From Octopus vulgaris (lineage: Eukaryota), in the NCBI GenBank assembly GCA_951406725.2, contig OX597819.1:69440001-69504000 (forward strand): 64,000 bases of DNA. Reading direction: 5' to 3'. The translations under genes were made by a program, and so were the position numbers. The number at the start of each line of letters is the position of its first letter. Position 1 is the first letter of the stretch. The notes beneath the pieces were generated by a model. The model saw only the letters and a program-made list of their open reading frames with translations, did no database searches and was not told the origin of the DNA. Shown in pieces: positions 14,318 to 28,159 of the stretch.

Positions 14318-15817
14318 GCATTCATACGCATATGGATCCATCAGCGCGTAAACAATTTATATAAAATCATTTCTAACGATATTTAATCAAAATTCTCATT
14401 TCGAGTCATTAGTGTTATATTCGGAAATTCTGTCTTTGATTTCTGTTCCATTTCGCTTGCGTAGCAAAATGTGGTATGCAGCCTTAGATATAAGTATTTT
14501 AAACAATAATCATGTCAGCGCCATTATTATTTTTAACAACACTTCAGTATATAAAAATAACAGAAAAATCTTTTGTGGGATTTGAGATTACAGCGAAGTG
14601 AGAACTTAAAATGTTTTTTTTTTTTAATATAGATTGTAGAACACGCAATAATTGTGCTTGGATTTTTCATACTTTCTATTTATTAAACAATGTCCAGATT
14701 ATGGGAGTAGATGGCTGTCTGAAGTAACTAGAAATATGACGAGAACGTTGGCATTTTGATTTTCACAGTAAAATAACAAAAAAATTGTATTCAATTATCC
14801 GTGATATATAATGCAATGTTACTATAGTAACCACATGAGACAAAATAGAATTTTACAAAATTGTTATCCAAGCAAACCTATTCTTCGTTTTCTTTTGTTT
14901 TTTTCTTCCTTTTAGCGTGTGGAGAAAATGGTAGTCAGTCCATGTGTATGTTTGGTGTGTCGTGTTGGTAGCAGAAAGGGGTCTTACAGAGAGGAAATAT
15001 TGATATGATAGCAGTTTACTCCAACTAGTATTGTTGCATTTCATCTGCCGCCGCAACACAAAGTAGAACGAAGATTTTATATCTACTTTACCGTGATAAC
15101 CGATTGCATGTCATCACAGGTCATCGGCAGAACATTAAATCGATCCTGGGATTCAATTCTTGTGTTGTTTACTTCAGAATGATGACAAAGTTAGAACAAA
15201 TACCTCGAGGCATTTTTCGACTTTCTAACGAACCTTTCACTGAACCCAATGCCTAAACTAAAATAAATTTACTAATACAAACATATACTTCCGTGCAAAC
15301 AGTTGGCAGCTTAACGACTTTCAACAACCACGCGCCTAAGAGCGCTTATGCGTCATTAACAAAGACTTGTATAAAAAATGTAGAAATACACAGCATGGTC
15401 TGGACAATGTAGTAGAGAAAGATACATCTTTCTTTTAATATGAATGCGTAACATTGTGTGTTTCATGGTGCACTTGAAAACTGTATAATTCTTTGTATTC
15501 GTTCGATGACCAATCTTTATGTTTTAATCTGCGAAGTTAGGGATTCGCTATACCGAGTGAAGTGAAACACGCTTTCTAGTATCTTCCAATACGTTTTGAG
15601 TTCAAATTCCACCTCGTCAGATTTACCTAAAACTCTTTCTGAAAAATGGAGACATGGTCTTGATAGCCAAAGTGTTATATACTTACATACATACATACAT
15701 ACATGCATACATACATACATGCATACATACATATATATATAAATATATATATATACACACACATATCGGTGTGTATGTGTGTATAATTATATATATATAT
15801 ATATATAGATGTATATA

Positions 15818-16080
15818 TTTCTTTACTACCCACAAGGGGTTAAACACAGAGGAGACAAACAAGGACAGACAAACGGATTAAGTCGATTACATCGACCCCA
15901 GTGCGTAACTGGTACTGCTTTTAGTCGAAGAAATCGACTGCAGTACTTATTATTTGTAAGCCTAATACTTAACTGTGCTGAAACGCTAAGTTACGTGGAC
16001 ATAAATACATCAATATCGGTTGTCAAGCGACGGTTGGGGGACACAGAGACTCACAAACATATACATATAGAGAAACAGAA

Positions 16081-16171
<91 letters not shown>

Positions 16172-16337
16172 CGACGGGTTACATTCCAGTTCCGTCTATC
16201 AGATTCACTCACAAGGCCTTGGTCGGCCCAAGGCTATAGTAAAAGACACTTGCACATGGTACCACACAGTGGGATTGAACCCGGAGCCATGTGGTTAGGA
16301 AGCAAGCGCCTTACCACACAGTCACTCCTGCACCTAT
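15818..16337 (-). mobile_element. Nin-SINE tail joined to a CORE-like SINE carrying an (AGAT)n expansion
   Basis: ttctttactacccacaagggg...cccagtgcgtaactggtact, then CORE-like family motifs. Confidence 0.8.
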
Positions 16338-16359
16338 ATGTGTGTGTGTGTGTTTAGCG

Positions 16360-16416
<57 letters not shown>

Positions 16417-16494
16417 CCACGTTTATTATGTGAATCTGGAATACTTTACACAAGATCCCACAAAATAGATTGCAAAACAATAAGACAAACTAAC

Positions 16495-16900
16495 ATAGGC
16501 GCAGGAGTAACTGTGTGGCAAGTAGCTTGCATAACAACGACATGGTTCCAGGTTCAGTCCTACTGCGTGGCAACTTAGGCAACTGTCTTTTTACTATAGC
16601 CTCTAGCTAACCAACGCCTAGTGAGTGGATTTGGTAGACGGAAACTGAAAGAAGCCTGTCGTATATATGCATAGATATATGTGTGTGTATGCATGTGTTT
16701 GTGTGTCTGCGTTTGTCCTCTGACATTGCTTGATGACCGATGTTGGTGTGTTACCGTCCCCGTAATATAGCGGTTCGGCAAAAGAGCCGAGAGAATAAGT
16801 ACTAGGCTTATAAAGAATAAGTCCGGGTGTCGATTTGTTCGACAAAAGGTGGTGCTCCAGCATAGCCGAAGTCAAATGACTGAAACAAGTAAATGAATAA
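16495..16900 (+). mobile_element. Full-length CORE-like SINE (left arm of inverted duplication)
   Basis: ataggcgcaggagt...gactgaaacaagtaaatgaataa. Confidence 0.9.
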
Positions 16901-16902
16901 CA

Positions 16903-16938
<36 letters not shown>

Positions 16939-16989
16939 GCACACACACACACACATATATATATATACACACACACACACATATCTCTC

Positions 16990-17398
16990 TTTACTCTTTT
17001 ACTTGTTTCAGTCATTTGACTGCGGCCATGCTGGAGCACCGCCTTTTAGTCGAGCAAATCGACCCCGGGACTTATTCTTTGTATGCCCAGTACTTATTCT
17101 ATCGGCTCTTTTGCCGAACCGCTATATTACGGGGACGGTAACACACCACCATCGGTCATCAAGCAATGTCAGAGGACAAACGCAGACACACAAACACATG
17201 CATACACACACATATATCTATGCATATATATACGACAGGCTTCATTCAGTTTCCGTCTACCAAATCCACTCACTAGGCGTTGGTTGGCTAGAGGCTATAG
17301 TAAAAAGACAGTTGCCCAAGTTGCCACGCAGTGGGACTGAACCCGGAACCATGTCGTTGTTATGCAAGCTACTTGCCACACAGCCACTCCTGCGCCTA
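16990..17398 (-). mobile_element. Full-length CORE-like SINE (right arm of inverted duplication)
   Basis: Shares private variants with 16495-16900 (gcaactgtctttttactatagcctctagc, acgcctagtgag). Confidence 0.9.
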
Positions 17399-17459
17399 TG
17401 TTAGTTTTGCAATCTATATTGTGGAATCTTGTGTAAAGTATTCCAGATTCACTAAGTGG

Positions 17460-17524
17460 TGGGGACGTAAACACACCAGCATCGGTTGTCAAGCAATGCT
17501 AGGGGGACAAACACAGACACAGAA

Positions 17525-17555
<31 letters not shown>

Positions 17556-17724
17556 CATACATACGACAGGCTTCTTTCAGTTTCCGTCTACCAAATCCAC
17601 GCACTAGGCATTGGTCGGCCCGGGGCTATAGCAGAAGACACTTGCCCAAGGCGCCACGCAGTGGGACCCAACCCAGAACCATGTGGTTGGTTAGCAAGCT
17701 ACTTACCACACAGCCACTCCTGCG

Positions 17725-17728
<4 letters not shown>
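17460..17728 (-). mobile_element. CORE-like SINE, tail-truncated
   Basis: Family head and body motifs. Confidence 0.85.
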
Positions 17729-17804
<76 letters not shown>

Positions 17805-17806
<2 letters not shown>

Positions 17807-18022
17807 GGAGTAAACACATAAATGTGAAACAAGGTGGAAAAAAGAGTACTCAAATACCAGTGGTAGAGTAATATGCTTTAATTAAAGCAGCAGAAAATTC
17901 AATAAAACCTGTTACTCTGAGTTTCCCGTTGCCGTTCGTCGGACAGTTTTTGCTAGCCGACGAACGGCAACGGGAAACTCAGAGTAACAGGTTTTGTTGA
18001 ATTTTCTGCTGCTTTAAATAAA

Positions 18023-18023
<1 letters not shown>
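17805..18023 (-). mobile_element. HHR-bearing element family A, foldback copy in (TA)n
   Basis: Homologous to 55385-55536; 67-bp arms 17876-17942 and 17957-18023; minus-strand HHR aaaactgt-CCGACGA-acggcaacgg-GAAA-ctcagag-TA-acagg (U4C variant). Confidence 0.8.
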
Positions 18024-18094
<71 letters not shown>

Positions 18095-18669
18095 TATAGA
18101 TTTCTAGTTTACTACATAAACTACAGCATTGATTATTAGCATTTATAGCATGGCTAAAACTGGTGACTCCCGCAGTACGGAACAAGTATCGTATTCATTC
18201 TGAAGCCGCAGGTGTCCCCTGTAACAGACGTGGTAGGCAAAGTGTTAAAAAAATAAGAAAAAAGCTAAGTTTATTGCGTGAATCTGGAATATCTTACACA
18301 AGATTCGATAAAATGGATTGCGAAACAATTAGACAAACTAACAAAATAAACGAATATAATTTCAGTCTAATTAAATTTAATTATCGAACACAATAAGAAG
18401 CCAACATATTTCAAGCAGACAACTGTTGATGTTGATAATAAGTCACTTAATTAGAAATCATGCATTAATAATTAAATTTATATTAACATTATTGGATATA
18501 CGCCAGGAACGCAAACGCAGATACATACATCCATACATACATACGTATTTTGTACGTATCTCTATATATACTTAAACACACACATACATACACGCACACA
18601 CACATACATACACACACACACACATATATATATAGATATATACATATATGGGTGTTTTTATGTATATTA

Positions 18670-19310
18670 ACACATCAGCTGTGGTTGCGTGGGTAAGAAG
18701 GATGATTCCCAACCATGTGGTTTTGAGTTCAGTCCCGTCATTCTGCGTGGAACATTGGGCATATATCTTTTACTATTGCCTCCGGCCGACTTATACCTTG
18801 GGAGTATATTTGGTTAATGGAAACTGAAAGAAGCCTATTCTAAAGGCGACGAGCTGGCAGAAACGTTAGCACGACGGGCGAAATGCGTAACCGTATTTCG
18901 TCTGCCGTTAGGTTCTGAGTTCAAATTCCGCCGAGGTCGACTTTGCCTTTCATCCTTTCGGGGTCAATTAAATAAGTACCAGTTAGACACTGGGATCGAT
19001 ACAATCGACTTAATCCGTTTGTCTGTCCTTGTTTGTCCCTTATGTGTGGAGCCCATTGTAGGCAGTAAAGAATAAGAAAATTATTCTGTATATATGTGCG
19101 CCTGTGTTTTGTGTTTTTCTCTACTAAGGATTGCCAACCTGTGTTGGTTTGTTTACGTCCCAATGACTTACCGGTTAACGGCTCGACAAAACAGAAAATA
19201 TGGAATAATTACCAAATGTAAAATTAACTATTGGAATCGATTTGTTCGATGAAACCCTTCAGGGCGGAGCCCCGAACTGGTGGCATGACCACAGTCAAAT
19301 GATTGAAACA
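18670..19310 (+). mobile_element. Old CORE-like SINE interrupted by a Nin-domain SINE (18842-19075)
   Basis: CORE-like head up to gaaactgaaagaagcc, then aaggcgacgagctggcagaaacgttagc...gcctttcatcctttcggggtc, then the CORE-like tail resumes. Confidence 0.8.
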
Positions 19311-19480
19311 TATACGAACACCGATGTGGCAATGTGATAGGCTTCATAATTGTTGATGTATTAATTAACGTGAAACCAATGGTAGCCTTAATACACAAAT
19401 ACTGAATCGTTATTCACTACTGCAGTGCTGAGCACTCATTTTCATTGTCCAACATTGCGTACACACAATTTGTATATGTG

Positions 19481-19538
<58 letters not shown>

Positions 19539-19579
19539 TTATATATTGATTTATATATATATTGATTTTTTTCAATATG

Positions 19580-19773
19580 CTCCCATGTGTGTATATTTAG
19601 CGATTTTCTTTCTCCGTCTTCCCTTCTTTGGACTTTTTCTACATTTCTTACGAAGAGCTCCGCTCGAAACGTGAAAACTTTCTTTTCTTTCCTTTCCTGG
19701 GCGTCCAATAACACTGTACTGATTCCACGTCCTCGCGGTGTTGTTTTTTCTTACTTGTTCATGTTTGGATTGA

Positions 19774-19777
<4 letters not shown>
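19580..19777 (+). mobile_element. HHR-bearing element family B (inactivated copy) in (TA)n
   Basis: ttt-CTTACGA-A-gagc-tcc-gctc-GAAA-cg-TG-aaa at 19644-19676; homologous to 40310-40502. Confidence 0.7.
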
Positions 19778-19824
<47 letters not shown>

Positions 19825-19857
19825 ATATGTGTGTGTGTGAAAAAATACATATATAAA

Positions 19858-19916
<59 letters not shown>

Positions 19917-20299
19917 AGAGACTTGTTTCTAATCGTTGTTGCCCTTCGTCCGTCCACTAATTTTATCAACTTTAATTGCATTTATTCCACATTTGTATAT
20001 ATGTACATATGTGTATGTGTGTTTGTGCGTGCGTGCGTGCGTGCGAGCGAGTGTGTGTGTCTTTATGTTTGAGTTTGTCCCCACTACCGTCTGACAATCG
20101 TATTTGGTCTGCTACGTCCCCATAACATAGAAGTTCTAGAAGCACTAGAATTTGATAGAGTGAGTAACTGGCTTTAAAAAATAGACTGGAATCGTTTCCA
20201 CCGGCTAAAAACTCCTCATGGTCGGAGTCGAATAATTAAAACTAGTAAGACATAAAAAGACATGTAAGCATATTTCCTTCTTTTGCAAATGAAACTCTC

Positions 20300-20640
20300 A
20301 GCTTCAATCCCACTGCGTGGCACCTTGGGCAAGTATCTTCCACTTTAGCCTCGGCCCGACCAAAGCTTTGTGAGTGGATTTGGTAGATAGAAACTGGAAG
20401 AAGCCCTTCGTATATATATATGTGTGTGTGTGTATGCGTGTGTATTTGTTTGTGAATCTATGTTTGTCCTCCCAACATCGCTAGGCAACCGATGCTGGTG
20501 TGTTTACGTCCCCGTAACTTACTGGTTCGGCAAAAACGACCGATAGAATAAGTACTAGGCTTGCAGAGAATACGTCCTGGGGTCGATTTGATCGACTAAA
20601 CGCTGTGCTCCAACAAGGCCGCACTCGAATGACTGAAACA
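20300..20640 (+). mobile_element. CORE-like SINE, 5'-truncated
   Basis: cccactgcgtggcaccttgggcaagt...gactgaaaca. Confidence 0.88.
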
Positions 20641-20750
20641 GCTTTTAGACATTGGCATCTTCTTCTAGCATTTAGGGGACTTGTATACGTACTTGTTCAC
20701 CCTTGATATATATATAAATGAATATATATATATATATATATATATAAATG

Positions 20751-20795
<45 letters not shown>

Positions 20796-21308
20796 CTACA
20801 TATATACGTACAGAGACACACACGTTTTTTGTAAGTGTATATGTCCACGTGTTTAAATGTTTGTCAAATGGGTTACCTATGTAGGATCGAAATAAAATAT
20901 TTCGCCGCAATGCTTTCAATATGGCTGCTGTCTGTTTCTCTTTAGTTTGATCGCAGCGAGAGTATATAACATAATTTTATAGAGACTTCGTTGTTATTAG
21001 GTAAATTCGTTTAAAGCGTCGAGCATTATGATGACTTCTGTGATAAATCATATTCTCGCTCCCATTTACAAATCATCTCTGACATTTATAATACACATCA
21101 TTTATTTTTTCTTAAGAAAGAAAGAAAGAAAGTAGGAAGGAATGAAAAAAGAAATAAATGAAGAAAGAAAGGGGTCGCAGGAGGCGATGGTGACTCTACA
21201 ATATCCCAGCGTTCTATTTAATGCTAGAAAATTTTATTTTGGTTCTTTTACACGCGCACAGATATATTTACATACATATATATACACGTGTGTGCGTATT
21301 TATTCATA

Positions 21309-21349
<41 letters not shown>

Positions 21350-21390
21350 ATATATATAATATATATATATGTGCGTGTGTATATAAATAT

Positions 21391-21438
<48 letters not shown>

Positions 21439-21490
21439 GTATATATATATATACATATATATATATACATAAATACATATATATATACAC

Positions 21491-21537
<47 letters not shown>

Positions 21538-22087
21538 TCAATACATTTGCTTCTTCCTTTATAAAGTGTTGGATTGTTTTTGCTGTTCTTCTCTTCTAAT
21601 CTGGTTTTAGTTGCAATAAAAAATTTTAAGTTATTTCCAAAGGTTATACCTTGCAATTCTTTTGCAATTTTTATTGCCATTTCTTTTCATATTGTGTACC
21701 GCCAATTTTTGTGCCTGACGCGAAACAGTAAATAGAATCGAATCGAGGTGTAATAGGGGTACTTACTTTTTCAACTCCAGACAGACATCAGTTAAAACTT
21801 CAATGCCGAATACTAGGAAAATTCAGTTCGTGGTGTACAGAGAGAAAATATAATGGCTTTATTTCGTACGTATTTCTATTGATCGCTGATATACAATTTC
21901 TGTCTAAACACTGGAGAATCATTTGTTGTACAGGCTGCCAAACGTTTCAGCAACGATAGTACGGTGAGACCGGTCTAATCTATGAAGGTTTATTTGCTAA
22001 TAATCATGGAAGCAAAAAATGCGATACTGAAGCCCTGAACTCTAGATATCGATACATTTAGAACCATTTTCGTTTCGACATATATCC

Positions 22088-22288
22088 TTTTAATTCTTTT
22101 ACTTGTTTGACTGCGGCCATGCTGGATGAACCGCCTTTTCAGACGAATAAATCGACTCCGGGACTTATTCTTTGCAAGCCTTGTACTTATTCTATCGGTC
22201 ACTTTTGCTGATCGCTAAGTTACGGGTACATAAGCACAGCAGCATCGGTTGTCAAGCGATGGCCGTGAGACAAACGCTCACACACAAA

Positions 22289-22323
<35 letters not shown>

Positions 22324-22537
22324 ACGCAGATACACACACAGACATACACACAAACAAGCATACACATATATTCGACTGCATATTTCAGTTTCTGTTTATC
22401 AAATCCACTCGCAAGGATTTTATTCGGCCCTACACTATAGCAGAACAAACTAGCACAAAGTGCAACGCAGAGGGACTGAACTCAGAGCCATGTGGTTGGA
22501 AAACAAGCGCCTTATCGCACACTCACACTTGCGCCTA
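22088..22537 (-). mobile_element. CORE-like SINE, full length
   Basis: Family motifs end to end. Confidence 0.85.
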
Positions 22538-22695
22538 TATATATACAGGGCTGAGCCTTATGACGTGTCAGTAGACCCCAAAACCTGTTAACTTAAATTC
22601 TCTTCAAAATATGCTCAAGATCACATCGCGCAGCCTGGTCCGGGAAAGGAACTCACAAGCTCACGATTGTAAGTTCTACGCTCTAACCACTGAGC

Positions 22696-22756
<61 letters not shown>

Positions 22757-22760
<4 letters not shown>

Positions 22761-22830
22761 CTTCTGCTGCTTTTCAATTAAGCATATTACTCTACCTGTG
22801 GTATTTGAGTAACCCACCTTGCTACTCCGA
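22757..22830 (+). mobile_element. 3' tail fragment of HHR element family A
   Basis: ttctgctgct...taagcatattactctacc.gtggtatttgagta...ccaccttg...tactccg matches 55446-55535; flanked by TA-rich sequence. Confidence 0.7.
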
Positions 22831-23549
22831 TATAAATATATATATATAAATATATATATATATGTATTACCAAAGCCTAATGAAATTCAATAGTATAAAG
22901 GAAGCAAATATATATATGTATTTTATGAAAATTTTAAATTATTTTTTAGAAAAATTAGAATCCGCATTTCTCAGAATGAACTGTACTTCAGTAGGAAATG
23001 AAAATAAAATCAAATGGAATAAAATATGCCATCGAAAACTTCCTTAATTTAGATGTAGCAATTTTCATTATAATTTATTTACTTTTAGATTTATTTGTGC
23101 ATCTTCCACCTGCATTACTTCTTTCTGAAATTCCGTTCATAGTATATTTCTCTACGAATTCCTTTAGCGTTCGCTGATTCAGAGAGTACAAATTAACTTC
23201 TACAGAGGAAATATTCGCATACATTAGTGTATAAAACTATTTTTCAATATCCCAGGATTCCCAATTTCAAGTAGGTTCGTTTATTCGAATTATAAAATAT
23301 TTAGTAATTCAGCATACAGATAGCTTAATTGTACTCTGTATATTTTAACTTTATCTCAACACCATTTCCTATATTTTGATAAGCATAAACGCTTGGCTCC
23401 ACCCGACTTTGTATAGAGGTATACAGGATGTACGGGCTAAAGTTAACGATTTCATATTTACTGTTTCGGGAACAGTTTGTTGTATTGGTGAGCAGTCAAC
23501 GGCGTTGGAGAGCATAAATTTAGTTGAGAAAACGCCGGGTATTAAGATG

Positions 23550-23962
23550 TCGATATCGAGACTGCTGGTCAATGCTCTGTGAACATTGTAAACGTTGTAA
23601 TACGTGGTATTGAGAAATGCAACGGAGATTACAAAGCCGTGCCCAGTATGAAGGGACACAAAAGTTCTGAATGCGTCTTAAACTCCATTCAGGAAGCTGC
23701 TGGAGACTGACCAAACCCTGTCTAGAGAGGATGGTTGCTGGAAGGCCCTATCTGTAACAAGATTTGGCCCCTTAGCACACCTCCAGAAACTCTCAGAAGT
23801 GGTGGACGGAGGATTTCTACGATATTACCAGCTTTGATTACTGGCCTCCGAATTATCCGGATTACAATCACATGTATTGCTTCTGGTGGATGGGCGGCCA
23901 AATTAACAGACACCAACCGCTCTGATTCCCCCAGTAAGGCGAAGCTGACGGCCACAACCATG
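23550..23962 (+). pseudogene. Decayed Tc1/mariner (maT/DD37D-like) transposase catalytic region
   Basis: Frame reads KPCLERMVAGRPYL*QDLAP*HTSRNSQKWWTEDFYDITSFDYWPPNYPDYNHMYCFWW, matching QQDxAPxHTS and WPPNSPDxNPxDY motifs. Confidence 0.85.
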
Positions 23963-25422
23963 AGTATGCATGCATTATATATACACACATACATACATAC
24001 ACATATACATACATACATACATACATACATACATACATACATACATACATACATACATACATACATAACACCTCTGCTGAACTACTGAAAATTCTGCAGT
24101 TACTCCACCCAGATTACAAGTTCAGGTTTATACCTATATTTGTTGGGGCCCTGGAATATGCAACACACTCCCTATATACCAATCTTGAGAAATTAGTCTT
24201 CTCAAAACCAGAAAAGTGAAAGCTAATTCGAAGACTATAGATCCAATCCATCACTGGAACTATAAAAATCTGTGGAAGTTTCCAGAAGTTTATCACTTAA
24301 GAAAAATATGAGCATGTCTACATATGCAACTCTATGCCTGTGTATAAAACAAAACATACATAAAACAAAAGGTAAAGATCTACATACATAGAAACATATG
24401 TACAAGCATTCATTCATACATACAGACATACAAAAAAACCTATTGTTGATGAAATTGTTATGAAGGAAACTTGAATCTAGGTTAGAAACCGTTCTTTCTC
24501 TATCAGCAAGAAATCTTGTAACAAAACGATAAAAAATATCATATTTGGCATCACATTTCCATTGTGTGGTAAGAATTGTTTCGGCCAAACAAAATGAAAA
24601 TTCATAACAAAATGTGTCAGGGTACGTAAGCAAGAAATTCAAATAATCAGCCCTTTAATATGTTCCATGTGGCGAATATCCAGACATTTGCGAAAAACGA
24701 GAATCCAAAATATTTCCTTTTTTTTTAAATAAAAACAATACTTTATAAGATTTCAAATCATGAAAGTAAAACTTGAAGCAAAAAAAAAAATTCAACACTG
24801 CTGCAAAAAGAAATGCTTCCTCAATACGTACTACGAGCGTTCGAAAAGCTGTAATGTGACGGTTCACAAAATAAACAAACATCTTTCTAGAAGGCTGTTT
24901 GTTTTTTGTTGCACTTTAAAAGTGTCGTATATAAGAAAATTTGCCAATCTTTCTAGAAATATTAGTGCAGCGTCAACAATTCTTTCTAAGAAAATTTGTA
25001 TGTGAGTTTGCGCGTGCTCGTTTGAGTGTGTGTATCAGTGTGGAAGGGTATATATATTTAGCTACATAGATAAAGCGACGTTATGTATATCGGGCATTAA
25101 CCTATAGTAATAGATCAGGGCATCCTGAAATGGGAAACAGTCGCAAATATTCGCCTACGCTGGAGACAAGGGGACGAAGAGAGGGCGGAAACGAAACTAG
25201 AAGTTGCCAGCGATGGAAAGCGCGATGAAAGAACGGTAAAAGACCCAAGATCAGCGGCTGACACCAAATTCCTTACGCCAAGATGTATGGATTTTTGAAA
25301 GCAACGGATGACTCTCTAACTACATAAATACGCACACACACATGTATTGCGAGAGGTAAACAGATAGATAGATAGACAGATAGAGAGAGACAGAGAGAGA
25401 CAGAGAGACAGATAGATACAAG

Positions 25423-25498
<76 letters not shown>

Positions 25499-25523
25499 TG
25501 TGTGTTCGATTTCCACGCAGATA

Positions 25524-25702
25524 GGAAAGCCTTCTCTTTTTTTCTGTCGGGGACTTATATGCTCTTTTATTAGACTATTTTCCTTAGTCATTGCAAGATG
25601 ATCGGCATAAGCTTTAAGCTTATACATATATACCATTAGTATTATTTACAGGATTGTAAACGCGGCAGCGTAAATTAAAACCATTCGCACCGAAAGCATA
25701 TA
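25524..25702 (-). mobile_element. Small dispersed repeat, probable MITE (homologues at 31360-31470 and inside 10596-10680)
   Basis: ttattagactattttccttagtcattgca and ataagctttaagcttat are shared; ccgaaagcatata marks opposite ends in the two copies. Confidence 0.55.
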
Positions 25703-25724
25703 TATATATATAAAAATATATATA

Positions 25725-26464
25725 TCTTTATATATAAAAAACTGAGAATGTGTGTCTGTCTGTCTGTCTGTCTGTGTGTTTCTCTAAAACTTGAGAACTA
25801 CACAACCAATTTCATTCAAATTTTACACATGCCTTAGGGTCGATGTAGTTTTATGGGCAAAAAAATATTCAACTTCTTGCCTAGAGCGAGCCTATAGCAA
25901 TATCATATCTTCTCCACTATTTCAGTTTTACGTGTTGAAAGTGAAACAAAAATATTTCTCTATTTTATGTCTGATGTTTTCAATTTAGCAATAAAAATAA
26001 TAATAACAATTGAATTATATGTAGTAAGTAATAATTACAATCAAACTAAAGTATAATATAATCGTAACATTCAAAAGTAAAAATAGCAATTGGTATAAAA
26101 TTGCATCAATGATTTGAACTTGAATAAGTGGTTTCACATGAATGGGAATAAATTAATAAATGAAAAATAAAATTAGCGTGCAGAAATAGAAATAGTCCAG
26201 ATGGATAATAAAAAATTAAATTAAAGAAAAGACTATTGTCTATAAAGTATACAATGTAGAGAAAAAAGAAGAGCTAACAATTCCAGTCTGTTATATATTT
26301 TGAGTATTGCTATCACTAGCGATATCAAGATATAACTTTGTAATTTGCATTTTATGTGTAGATGTATATATATATAGAGATGTACATGTAATATGTACAC
26401 ATATATATACACATATATACATGCACTAGCACTATGACCCGGCAACAACGGGTCTTTAATGCTA

Positions 26465-26465
<1 letters not shown>
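25725..26465 (+). mobile_element. Non-autonomous Helitron with 5' (CTGT)n microsatellite
   Basis: a|TCtttatatataaaa 5' end, (ctgt)n, 3' hairpin gacccg-gcaacaa-cgggtc then CTAG|t; A-T insertion site, no TSD. Confidence 0.8.
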
Positions 26466-26537
<72 letters not shown>

Positions 26538-26545
<8 letters not shown>

Positions 26546-26714
26546 TTACGATAAAAACAAAAGTAGAAGACGGGTGGTGTACAAAACAAACAGATGTATT
26601 AGTATAACGCTCAGGAATAGAAAAAGTCTTTTACATTTCGAGCCTACGCTCTTCTACAGAAAGGGACACAGAAAAAAAAAACAAGGAGAGAAAAGAATGC
26701 GTGTAGTGATAAAA

Positions 26715-26715
<1 letters not shown>
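26538..26715 (-). mobile_element. HHR-bearing element family C
   Basis: Minus strand 26628-26663: cttt-CTGTAGA-A-gagc-gtag-gctc-GAAA-tg-TA-aaag; homologous to 53225-53407 and 53999-54195. Confidence 0.75.
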
Positions 26716-26752
<37 letters not shown>

Positions 26753-27037
26753 GTGTGTGTATCTATAGTTATATGCATTATAAAACGAGTAAGCCTACAC
26801 ATAAAGCCATTTATGAAATAGTGAAGCCACACCTGCCTGGTCACCTATATCCATAAACACATCTAAGTATGAATATATGTATGAGAATGAGTGGATGTGG
26901 GCGAATGTATATACGTATTGCACCAGAATGTTTCTGAATCATTGCAGTTGAGAGCTGACGAAGAGAGGCCCCCTGCAAAGCAATATACATATGTGCTTTT
27001 TAGCGTGTATGTATATAATGATATATAAATATATATA

Positions 27038-27100
<63 letters not shown>

Positions 27101-27315
27101 ATGTATATATGTAGGTATATATGTATGTATATATGTATATATATATATATATATATACATACATATATACATATGTATGTGTGTGAGTGTGTGTATATAG
27201 TAGAATACAATACTATACGTTATACATATACATGTGTATTTATATGTATGCAAGTTAAAATATAATTATATAAATATTTGTATATGTTTGTATATGTAAT
27301 ATATATTATATATAT

Positions 27316-27370
<55 letters not shown>

Positions 27371-27388
27371 TATATATAATATATATAT

Positions 27389-27430
<42 letters not shown>

Positions 27431-27790
27431 TGAATGTATGCATGTGTGTATGTTTATATGTATTATGCGAGTATGTATATGCATACGGTACACACACGGA
27501 TGGGCTCTACGTACACATCTTAATTCAACTACCAAACAAACAAACAAACAAACAAAAAAAATTGAGGCATTAATCACGAAATTGCTCAATAAGAAATACA
27601 AAATAAATTAAATTGCATACAACTATGAATACTTATATATTAAATAAAAAGTGGAACGGAAATTAAAGAATCGTTCTTATCTTACACATACACACACACA
27701 CATACAAATACACACGCACACTCAGGCACGCACACATACATATACATACACACACGCATACAGACACATCATGCTTAAGTGAGATACACG

Positions 27791-27822
<32 letters not shown>

Positions 27823-27997
27823 TATATGTGTGTGTGTGTGTATACACATATATACATACACAAAACAATATGTGGATGTATATATGTATATACATACATG
27901 TGTAAATATGTCTATATGTATATAATATATATTTAAACATATATATACATATATATACATATATATATGTATATACATATACGTATATACATACATA

Positions 27998-28046
<49 letters not shown>

Positions 28047-28103
28047 GGCCGGGCCGGTTGTACGGTTGTAGCTGTGGTGAGAGGTGTTCTGTACGTGCGT
28101 CTG

Positions 28104-28159
<56 letters not shown>

